Source: Megasphaera elsdenii DSM 20460
GTDB taxonomy: Bacteria > Bacillota > Negativicutes > Veillonellales > Megasphaeraceae
Length of the DNA stretch: 32,000 nt
Direction of reading: 5' to 3'
Assembly: GCF_003010495.1 (NCBI RefSeq)
Contig: NZ_CP027570.1
Coordinates: forward strand, 1,350,001 to 1,382,000
How positions within the stretch are numbered: position 1 is the stretch's first letter; each line of letters opens with the position of its first letter. The position numbers and the translations under genes were made by a program. A model generated the notes under the pieces. The model made no database searches. It saw only the letters and a program-made list of their open reading frames with translations, and was not told the DNA's origin. Below, piece after piece: positions 9,420 to 16,199 of the stretch.

Positions 9420-10955
9420 ATGCTAACGATTATTGCTGCAGCAGTCGCCTGCGGTCTCATCGGCGGTGGCACCGGGTATCTTTACCGCAAGAAAATCGCC
9501 GAAGGCAAGATCGGCCAGGCTGAAGTCGAAGCGCAGCGCATCATTGCGACGGCCCAGCAGAACGCTGAAGCCCGCAAGAAGGAACTCGTCCTGGAAGGGA
9601 AAGAAGAAGTCCACAAGATGCGCAACGACGCAGAACGGGAACACAAGGAACGCCGCAATGAATTGCAGCGCTTTGAACGGCGCCTGTTGCAGAAAGAAGA
9701 ACATTTGGACAAGAAATCCGATTCCATGGAGAAGAAAGAAGATGCCCTGCAGCGTAAAGAAGATGAAGTTACGCAGATGCAGGAAAGAATCGAAGCCCTT
9801 CATGAACAGAAGATGGCTGAACTGGAACGGATTTCCGGCTTGACATATGAAGATGCCAAGGAATTGCTCCTGAACAACGTCCAGACCGAAGTGAAGCACG
9901 AAACGGCACAGATGATCAAGAGCCTGGAAGAACAGGCCAAGGAAGAAGCCGAAGGCAAGGCCAGGGAAATCATTTCCATGGCTATCCAGCGCTGTGCTGC
10001 CGACCACGTCGCCGAAACGACGGTATCTGTCGTGTCTCTGCCGAACGATGAAATGAAAGGCCGCATCATCGGCCGCGAAGGGCGCAATATCCGGGCTATT
10101 GAAACGCTGACCGGCGTCGATCTCATCATCGACGATACGCCGGAAGCGGTCATCTTGTCGTGCTTTGACCCGATCCGCCGCGAAATCGCCCGCATTGCCT
10201 TGGAAAAACTGATTGCTGATGGCCGTATCCATCCGGCACGCATCGAAGAAATGGTCGAAAAGGCACGCAAAGAAGTCAATCAGAAAATCCGCGAAGCTGG
10301 CGAACAGGCGACGTATGAAACGGGCGTCCACGGTTTGCATCCTGAACTCATCAAGATCCTCGGCCGCCTGCGCTATCGTACCAGTTATGGCCAGAATGTC
10401 CTGCGCCATTCCATCGAAGTCTCTCAGCTGGCCGGCATCATGGCAGCTGAACTGGGCGTCGATGAAAACCTGGCCAAACGGGCCGGGCTGATCCATGATA
10501 TCGGCAAAGCCCTGGACCACGAACTGGAAGGGACCCATGTTTCGATTGGGACGGAAATCGCCAAGAAATATGGCGAATCCAAGCTGGTCGTCAACTGCAT
10601 CGCCGCCCATCACGGTGATGAAGAGCCGCACAGCGTCGAAGCCGTCCTGGTATCGGCGGCAGATGCCGTTTCGGCTGCCCGTCCGGGTGCCCGCCGGGAA
10701 ACGCTGGAAAACTATCTGAAGCGCCTGACGAAGCTCGAAGAAATCGCCGAATCCTTCGATGGCGTCGAAGACTGCTTCGCCATCCAGGCTGGCCGAGAAA
10801 TCCGGGTCATGGTCAAACCGGACAAGCTGGATGAATCGGACTGCGTCCTGCTGGTCCATGACATTGTCAAACGCATCGAAGCGGAACTGGAATACCCAGG
10901 CCAGATCAAAGTCGTCGTCATCCGTGAAACGCGGATGGTGGATTATGCAAAATAA
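9420..10955 (+). CDS. rny: Ribonuclease Y
   Basis: N-terminal TM helix ([15 protein letters not shown]), a long Lys/Glu coiled coil, a KH domain ([19 protein letters not shown]) and an HD domain (LIHDIGKA...AAHHGD). GGAGG is at 9402-9406, 13 nt upstream of the ATG. Confidence 0.95.
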   Translation: MLTIIAAAVACGLIGGGTGYLYRKKIAEGKIGQAEVEAQRIIATAQQNAEARKKELVLEGKEEVHKMRNDAEREHKERRNELQRFERRLLQKEEHLDKKSDSMEKKEDALQRKEDEVTQMQERIEALHEQKMAELERISGLTYEDAKELLLNNVQTEVKHETAQMIKSLEEQAKEEAEGKAREIISMAIQRCAADHVAETTVSVVSLPNDEMKGRIIGREGRNIRAIETLTGVDLIIDDTPEAVILSCFDPIRREIARIALEKLIADGRIHPARIEEMVEKARKEVNQKIREAGEQATYETGVHGLHPELIKILGRLRYRTSYGQNVLRHSIEVSQLAGIMAAELGVDENLAKRAGLIHDIGKALDHELEGTHVSIGTEIAKKYGESKLVVNCIAAHHGDEEPHSVEAVLVSAADAVSAARPGARRETLENYLKRLTKLEEIAESFDGVEDCFAIQAGREIRVMVKPDKLDESDCVLLVHDIVKRIEAELEYPGQIKVVVIRETRMVDYAK

Positions 10956-10971
10956 CCTTTTTTGAACTATA

Positions 10972-11019
10972 GAGAGGCGTCGCGTAGTGGTTTCGGCCAT
11001 TGCGGGGCGTCTCTTTTTT
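10972..11019 (+). terminator. Probable terminator after rny (imperfect stem)
   Basis: GAGAGGCGTCGC (10972-10983) can pair with GCGGGGCGTCTC (11002-11013) at 10 of 12 positions, with two G-G mismatches. It is followed by TTTTTT (11014-11019). Confidence 0.4.
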
Positions 11020-11057
11020 AGCCGTCAAAAAAAGTTTGAAAAAAATAAAAAAAGTAC

Positions 11058-11086
11058 TTGCCAAAACCCTTTTCTTGTAGTAGAAT
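11058..11086 (+). promoter_or_regulatory. Promoter of the tRNA operon (TTGCCA-17 nt-TAGAAT) with an A-rich UP-like element
   Basis: TTGCCA is at 11058-11063, the spacer is 17 nt, and TAGAAT is at 11081-11086. It is preceded by an A-rich tract (11027-11054). Confidence 0.6.
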
Positions 11087-11144
11087 AGTTTTTGTTCGAG
11101 GCACTAAGAAATACCGAAGCGACCTCGAAAGAACGAAAGAAAGT

Positions 11145-11221
11145 GGCCCCGTGGTGTAGCGGTTTAACATGTCGCCCTGTCACGGCGAAGATCGTCAGTT
11201 CAAATCTGATCGGGGTCGCCA
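11145..11221 (+). tRNA. tRNA-Asp (GTC)
   Basis: Cloverleaf folded by eye. Acceptor GGCCCCG pairs with CGGGGTC (one G-U). Anticodon loop is CTGTCAC with GTC at 11179-11181. T-loop is TTCAAAT. The 3' CCA is encoded. Length is 77 nt. Confidence 0.9.
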
Positions 11222-11224
11222 ATT

Positions 11225-11300
11225 GCTCAGGTAGCTCAGTCGGTAGAGCAGGGGACTGAAAATCCCCGTGTCGGCGGTTCAATTCCGTCCCTGAGCACCA
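11225..11300 (+). tRNA. tRNA-Phe (GAA)
   Basis: Acceptor GCTCAGG pairs with CCTGAGC. GGGGACTGAAAATCCCC forms the anticodon arm. T-loop is TTCAATT. CCA is encoded. Length is 76 nt. Confidence 0.92.
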
Positions 11301-11305
11301 CAAAT

Positions 11306-11380
11306 GCGGAAGTAGCTCAGTGGTAGAGCACCACCTTGCCAAGGTGGGGGTCGCGAGTTCGAGCCTCGTTTTCCGCTCCA
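11306..11380 (+). tRNA. tRNA-Gly (GCC)
   Basis: Acceptor GCGGAAG pairs with TTTCCGC (one G-U). The anticodon arm is CCACC-TTGCCAA-GGTGG. T-loop is TTCGAGC. CCA is encoded. Length is 75 nt. Confidence 0.9.
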
Positions 11381-11385
11381 TATAT

Positions 11386-11459
11386 GGCGGCATAGCCAAG
11401 CGGTAAGGCAGAGGTCTGCAAAACCTTCATCCCCAGTTCGATTCTGGGTGCCGCCTCCA
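11386..11459 (+). tRNA. tRNA-Cys (GCA)
   Basis: Acceptor GGCGGCA pairs with TGCCGCC. The anticodon loop is CTGCAAA. T-loop is TTCGATT. CCA is encoded. Length is 74 nt. Confidence 0.9.
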
Positions 11460-11478
11460 TATTTTCATCTTTCGTCAT

Positions 11479-11567
11479 GCCGAGGTGGCGGAACTGGCAG
11501 ACGCAACGGACTTAAAATCCGTCGGATAGAGATATCCGTACCGGTTCGATTCCGGTCCCCGGCACCA
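11479..11567 (+). tRNA. tRNA-Leu (TAA), class II with a long variable arm
   Basis: GCCGAGGTGGCGGAACTGGCAGACGC is a typical Leu 5' half. The anticodon arm is ACGGA-CTTAAAA-TCCGT. The variable arm is CGGATAGAGATATCCG. T-loop is TTCGATT. CCA is encoded. Length is 89 nt. The acceptor stem has one A5-C68 mismatch. Confidence 0.88.
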
Positions 11568-11625
11568 AAAAAACAACGAGCGTGTAAGCGATGTTGGCCG
11601 TGGCCGACGAGTCCCTTGCAAAACA

Positions 11626-11654
11626 AAGGAGCTGTCTTAGGACAGCTCCTTTTC
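11626..11654 (+). terminator. Rho-independent terminator of the tRNA operon
   Basis: AAGGAGCTGTC (11626-11636) and GACAGCTCCTT (11641-11651) form a perfect 11-bp stem with loop TTAG, followed by TTT. Confidence 0.8.
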
Positions 11655-11668
11655 GCAGTCCAGTTAAA

Positions 11669-11697
11669 TTCACATTCATGGGAAAATGAGTTATAAT
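11669..11697 (+). promoter_or_regulatory. Candidate scpA promoter (TTCACA-17 nt-TATAAT), with the -10 ending 5 nt before the scpA ATG
   Basis: TTCACA is at 11669-11674, the spacer is 17 nt, and TATAAT is at 11692-11697. The scpA ATG is at 11703. Confidence 0.5.
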
Positions 11698-11702
11698 GAA
11701 TC

Positions 11703-12422
11703 ATGACAGAATACAAGTATAAAGTATCGGATTTTGAAGGTCCCCTGGACCTGTTGCTCTATCTCATCGAAAAGAACAAAGTCGATATTTATAACATACC
11801 GATCGTCGAGATCACGGACCAGTTCAACGCCTACGTCGCAGACATCGACACGTTTGATGTCGATTACGCCAGCAAGTTCTTCGTCATGGCAGCGACGCTC
11901 TTACAGATCAAGTCGCGCCTTCTCCTGCCCAAGCAGCCGAAACTGACGGAAGAGGAAGAAGAAGACCCGCAGGAAGCGCTGGTCCGGCAGCTCGTCGAAT
12001 ACAAGAAGATGAAAGCTTTGTCCCAGGCTATGGGACATTTGTGGGACGTCCGCAGCCTGATGCTGGGACGCTTGCCGACGGCCATGCCCTATGAGGCCCG
12101 TTTTGCCGGCCACATCGACACAGAGGCCCTCTACCAGGCTTTCCATAAAGTCTGCCAGGCCCTGCCTGAGCCGGAGGCCGTAGAGATCCGGATACAGAAG
12201 GAAATCTACAGCGTCGAAGAATGTATGCGCCGCGTCACCTTTGCCCTGCGGCGGAATCAGGGGACGATGACCGTCGAAGGCCTTTTCCGGACCTGCCGGT
12301 CCCGGGTCGAACTGGTCGTCACCTTCCTGGCCGTCCTGGAATTGCTGAAGGTCGGTCAATGCGCTACTATTGCTGAAGGAGAGGATGGGAATACCGTTGC
12401 CTTACGATACACGCCAAACTGA
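11703..12422 (+). CDS. scpA: Segregation and condensation protein A (kleisin)
   Basis: The N-terminal ScpA signature is VSDFEGPLDLLLYLIEKNKVDIYNIPI. Length is 239 aa. An in-frame TGA at 11697-11699 rules out any upstream extension. Confidence 0.9.
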   Translation: MTEYKYKVSDFEGPLDLLLYLIEKNKVDIYNIPIVEITDQFNAYVADIDTFDVDYASKFFVMAATLLQIKSRLLLPKQPKLTEEEEEDPQEALVRQLVEYKKMKALSQAMGHLWDVRSLMLGRLPTAMPYEARFAGHIDTEALYQAFHKVCQALPEPEAVEIRIQKEIYSVEECMRRVTFALRRNQGTMTVEGLFRTCRSRVELVVTFLAVLELLKVGQCATIAEGEDGNTVALRYTPN

Positions 12423-12975
12423 TACCCTAGAGCCGACGGCTCTGCTGGAAGCCCTGCTCTTTCTGAGCGGCGACCCCATGACGGTGACAGCCATCTGTAC
12501 CCATACGGGCTGGACCCAGGCCGAAACGGAAGAAACAGCCAGTCGCCTGCAGCATCTGCTCAGCAGCCAGCGGCGGGGCCTGGTCCTCATCCGTGTAGCC
12601 GGCGGCTATCAACTGGTCACGCGGCCGGACCTCCATGAGGCCCTGCAATGGGTGCGGACAGGGACGACGGAATTGTCTTCCATGGCTTTGGAAGTCCTGT
12701 CCATCGTAGCCTTCAAGCAGCCCATTACGCGGGCTGAAATCGAAAAGCTGCGCGGCGTTTCGTCGGAACGGGTCCTGACGTCGCTGGTCCAGCAGGGACT
12801 GGTCGTGGAACTGGGGCGCAAGGACAGTCCGGGCCGGCCGATTTTATACGGTACGTCCGCTTATTTTTTAGAATGTATCGGCATGGATTCCCTGGCCGAT
12901 TTAGCCGGCCACATGCCGGCAGATATTACGGAGGATGCAACTGATGGAAGAACGGTTACAGAAAGTGATGAGTAA
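12385..12975 (+). CDS. scpB: Segregation and condensation protein B
   Basis: It has the LEALLFLSGDPM signature and two winged-helix repeats (GGYQLVTRP, ...GRPILYGTS..FLE). The start is uncertain. I chose ATG 12385; alternatives are TTG 12370 (ORF track) and TTG 12397. It overlaps the scpA 3' end. Confidence 0.85.
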   Translation: MGIPLPYDTRQTDTLEPTALLEALLFLSGDPMTVTAICTHTGWTQAETEETASRLQHLLSSQRRGLVLIRVAGGYQLVTRPDLHEALQWVRTGTTELSSMALEVLSIVAFKQPITRAEIEKLRGVSSERVLTSLVQQGLVVELGRKDSPGRPILYGTSAYFLECIGMDSLADLAGHMPADITEDATDGRTVTESDE

Positions 12976-13663
12976 CTGCGGTGTCGCTTCACGGCGCGCT
13001 TCGGAAAAGATGATATTAGAAGGGCGCGTCCGCGTGAACGGCGTCATCGTCCGCGAACTGGGGACGAAAGTCGATCCCGATAAGGACCGCATTGCCGTCG
13101 ACGGCAAGACCCTGGAAGCGCAGCCGAAGCATTATTACCTGTTCAATAAGCCCAAGGGCGTCATCACGACTTCGAGCGACGACCAGGGGCGGGCGACGGT
13201 CATGGATTATTTCAGGAAAGAAAAGGACCGCATCTATGCCGTCGGCCGCCTGGACCAGAACACGGAAGGCCTGCTGATCATGACCAATGATGGCGAACTG
13301 GCCAATATCCTCATGCATCCCAGCCGCCTCGTCGACAAGACGTATGAAGTCAAGGTCAAAGGGCGTATTGCCGATTCGGTCCTGCAGCACCTGGCTGACG
13401 GCGTCGAACTGAAGGACGGCATGACGGCACCGGCCGATGTCTATTACATCGGCTATGACCCGAAGACCAATCTGACCAGTGTGGAAATCACCATCCACGA
13501 AGGCCGCAACCGCCAGGTCCGCCGCATGTTTGAATTTTTCGGTTACCAGGTCCACAACCTGCGCCGTGTCCAGTATGCGTTCCTGACCCTGAGCGGCGTC
13601 AAGCGCGGGGCCTATCGCAAGCTGACCCGCGAAGAAGTGGCTGAACTCTATAAATATAAATAA
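12944..13663 (+). CDS. rluB: rRNA pseudouridine synthase, RsuA/RluB family (S4 domain plus catalytic domain)
   Basis: ATG 12944 lies 9 nt after GGAGG (12930-12934); the track's ATG 12935 abuts the RBS. It has an S4 domain (RLQKVMSNCGVASRRASEKMILEGRVRVNG) and the catalytic motif AVGRLDQNTEGLLIMTNDG. Confidence 0.85.
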   Translation: MEERLQKVMSNCGVASRRASEKMILEGRVRVNGVIVRELGTKVDPDKDRIAVDGKTLEAQPKHYYLFNKPKGVITTSSDDQGRATVMDYFRKEKDRIYAVGRLDQNTEGLLIMTNDGELANILMHPSRLVDKTYEVKVKGRIADSVLQHLADGVELKDGMTAPADVYYIGYDPKTNLTSVEITIHEGRNRQVRRMFEFFGYQVHNLRRVQYAFLTLSGVKRGAYRKLTREEVAELYKYK

Positions 13664-13675
13664 ACAGGAGTGCCT

Positions 13676-14929
13676 ATGAAGGAAATACTCGTCATTGGTG
13701 CCGGCGCGGCCGGCATCATGGCTGCGCTGGCCGCGGCAGAAGCAGGGGCCAGGGTACATTTATTTGAAAAAAATGATATTGTTGGCAAAAAGCTGGGCAT
13801 TACCGGCAAGGGCCGCTGCAATCTGACCAATTCCTGCACCATGGCCGATTTCATCGCCCATACGCCGGGACACGGCAAGTTCCTCTACAGCGCTTATGAA
13901 CAGTTCACCAACCAGGACCTGCTCGACAAGCTGAATGCCTGGGGACTGGCCACCAAGGAAGAACGGGGCGGCCGTATTTTCCCCCAGTCCGACAGTGCCA
14001 TCGAAGTGCGCAAGCTCTTATACCGCAAGCTATGCCATAAAGGCGTCGACCTCCATCTGAGCGATGCCGTCCACGCCGTCAAGGCCTGGGGCAGCCGCAT
14101 GGTCGTCAGCGCCGCCTCCGGAAATTATGAAGGCGACGCCTGTATCATCACGACAGGCGGCATGTCCTATCCCGTCACCGGCTCGACGGGCGACGGCTAT
14201 GACTTTGCCCGCAGCCTGGGCCATAGCGTGACGGAACTGAAGCCGGCCCTCATCCCCTTTACGACGGCTGAAACCTGGCCGCATACCTTGTCGGGGCTGT
14301 CCCTGCGCAATGTGGAAGGCTCGCTGTGGAAGCGGGGCAAGAAGATGGCTTCGTATTTCGGAGAAATGCTCTTTACCCATTTCGGCGTATCCGGGCCGAT
14401 CATCCTCATGCTCAGTATGGCCGCGGCCCATAAGAAGGCCTGCACCTTCCCCATGCAGCTGCGCCTCGACCTCAAGCCGGCCTTGTCAAAGGAAAAGCTC
14501 GATGCCCGGCTGCGGCGGGACTTTGAGAAGTACATCCGCAAGGAAGCAGCGAACGCCTTGAAGGATCTCCTGCCACAGCGGCTCATCCCCATCGTCCTCG
14601 ACCAGGCCGGCATCGCCCGGGACTGTCCGGTCAATCAGATTTCCCGGGAACAGCGGCAGGATCTGGCCGATACTCTCAAGGCCTTGTCTCTGACGGTGAC
14701 GGGCACGCGTCCTATTGAGGAAGCCATCGTCACGGCCGGCGGCATATCGGTCAAGGAGATCAATCCCAAGACGATGGAGTCGAAACTTGTTCCCCATCTC
14801 TATTTTGCCGGAGAAGTCATCGACATCGACGCCTTTACAGGCGGCTATAATCTGCAAGCAGCCTTTTCGACGGGCTTCGTAGCCGGAACGGCGGCTGCTA
14901 CAAAGGAGTGCATACCATGCGAAAATTAA
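13676..14929 (+). CDS. NAD(P)/FAD-dependent oxidoreductase, HI0933/YhiN/BaiN flavoprotein family
   Basis: ATG 13676 lies 5 nt after CAGGAG. The dinucleotide fold is ILVIGAGAAGIMAALAAAE, and ITGKGRCNLTN and a C-terminal GGYNLQ motif are typical of the HI0933-like family. Confidence 0.8.
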   Translation: MKEILVIGAGAAGIMAALAAAEAGARVHLFEKNDIVGKKLGITGKGRCNLTNSCTMADFIAHTPGHGKFLYSAYEQFTNQDLLDKLNAWGLATKEERGGRIFPQSDSAIEVRKLLYRKLCHKGVDLHLSDAVHAVKAWGSRMVVSAASGNYEGDACIITTGGMSYPVTGSTGDGYDFARSLGHSVTELKPALIPFTTAETWPHTLSGLSLRNVEGSLWKRGKKMASYFGEMLFTHFGVSGPIILMLSMAAAHKKACTFPMQLRLDLKPALSKEKLDARLRRDFEKYIRKEAANALKDLLPQRLIPIVLDQAGIARDCPVNQISREQRQDLADTLKALSLTVTGTRPIEEAIVTAGGISVKEINPKTMESKLVPHLYFAGEVIDIDAFTGGYNLQAAFSTGFVAGTAAATKECIPCEN

Positions 14930-15585
14930 CGGTTGCCATCGATGGGCCGGCCGGAGCCGGGAAAAGCAGTGTCGCCAAGGTCCTGGCCAATCGGGTCCAC
15001 TATTTGTATATCGATACAGGGGCTATGTACCGCGCCTTTACCTGGGCTGTCCTGGAAAAAGGCATCGACCTTTCGGACGAAAAAGCGGTCCGCGACCTGG
15101 TCGATACTATTGATATCCGCCTGGAACCGCAGGCTGATCTGTGCCGCGTCTACGTCGGTTCGACGGAAGTGACCGAAGCCATCCGGACCCAGCGCGTATC
15201 TTCTCATGTTTCTGCCGTCGCAGCCCTTGCCGTAGTACGGGAAAAACTGGTAAAATTACAACAGGCCATGGCCCAAGGGGGTGGTGTCATCCTCGACGGC
15301 CGCGATATCGGGACAGTCGTCCTGCCCCAGGCGGACCTCAAGATTTTCCTGACGGCTTCTGTCGATTCCCGGGCCCGCCGCCGCTACCTGGAAGTCCAGG
15401 CCAAGGGCGGCAGCGAAACGTATGAAGACATCGCTGCCAGCATCGCTGCCCGCGACGATATGGACTCGCACCGGGCCGTGTCGCCGCTGAAGAAGGCCGA
15501 CGATGCCATCGTCGTCGATAACAGCGACCTCGATTTAGAGCAGACCGCCGACGTCATCCTCGGCCTGATGAAGGAGCGAGGCTGA
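14917..15585 (+). CDS. cmk: Cytidylate kinase
   Basis: ATG 14917 lies 8 nt after AAGGAG. The P-loop is AIDGPAGAGKSS, YIDTGAMYRA is present, and the length is about 222 aa. It overlaps the upstream gene by 13 nt. Confidence 0.9.
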   Translation: MRKLTVAIDGPAGAGKSSVAKVLANRVHYLYIDTGAMYRAFTWAVLEKGIDLSDEKAVRDLVDTIDIRLEPQADLCRVYVGSTEVTEAIRTQRVSSHVSAVAALAVVREKLVKLQQAMAQGGGVILDGRDIGTVVLPQADLKIFLTASVDSRARRRYLEVQAKGGSETYEDIAASIAARDDMDSHRAVSPLKKADDAIVVDNSDLDLEQTADVILGLMKERG

Positions 15586-16199
15586 TGCATACCTTTACAT
15601 ACGGCATGATCCGCAAGATTTTCAACCTCGCTACGTATGGCGCCTTGGGCATGGAAGTCATCGGCGAAGAGAATATCCCGGAAAAAGGGCCATTCATCGT
15701 CGTCTGCAATCATGCCAGCAATTTTGATCCGCCCCTGCTGGGGACGGCCATGCGCCGTCACTTGATCCATTTCATGGCAAAAGAGGAATTATTCCGCAAT
15801 CCTCTCATGGGCTGGTTCCTGCGCTATGTCCATACCTTCCCGGTCCATCGCGGTCACATCGACCGCAAAGCCGTCATCGAGTCCTTCCGGGTCTTGAAGA
15901 GCGGCGAGGTCCTGGGGATTTTCCCGGAAGGGAAGCGGACGCGGGGCGGCAAAGTCGGTCCTTTCCATGAAGGCTTTGCCGGTATCGCCATCAAGGCCGG
16001 CGTCCCGGTCCTGCCGGCGGCGATCGTCAATTCGGAATTTTTGCCGAAAAAGACCGGTCCCGTCCGGGTCATCTTTGGAAAACCCGTGCCGGCACCGGCA
16101 GGAAAGGCATCGGATCGCGATTTAGTCAAAGGTTTTTCCGACAAAATCCGCGATATTATCATAGCTATGCAAAATCAGTATAAAGGGGATACTAAATGA
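15585..16199 (+). CDS. plsC: 1-acyl-sn-glycerol-3-phosphate acyltransferase
   Basis: The HX4D motif is CNHASNFDP and the second motif is FPEGKRT. The start overlaps the cmk stop (TGATG). Confidence 0.85.
   Translation: MHTFTYGMIRKIFNLATYGALGMEVIGEENIPEKGPFIVVCNHASNFDPPLLGTAMRRHLIHFMAKEELFRNPLMGWFLRYVHTFPVHRGHIDRKAVIESFRVLKSGEVLGIFPEGKRTRGGKVGPFHEGFAGIAIKAGVPVLPAAIVNSEFLPKKTGPVRVIFGKPVPAPAGKASDRDLVKGFSDKIRDIIIAMQNQYKGDTK

Noticed and set aside
9423-11000. A 525-aa minus-strand ORF opposite rny.
   Set aside because: The sense strand encodes an unmistakable RNase Y with TM, KH and HD domains. The antisense product is repetitive (F/D/L/Q-rich) with no motifs and no RBS context, so it is a shadow ORF.
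11145-11702. The tRNA cluster as a possible integration hotspot or genomic-island boundary.
   Set aside because: No integrase, direct repeat of a tRNA 3' end or compositional island follows. The next genes are scpA and scpB, which are core genes.
11025-11716. ORFs of 82-124 aa overlapping the tRNA cluster on both strands (11025-11399 minus, 11448-11696 plus, 11465-11716 minus).
   Set aside because: The region folds into five canonical tRNAs with encoded CCA ends, so the ORFs are chance frames through tRNA genes.
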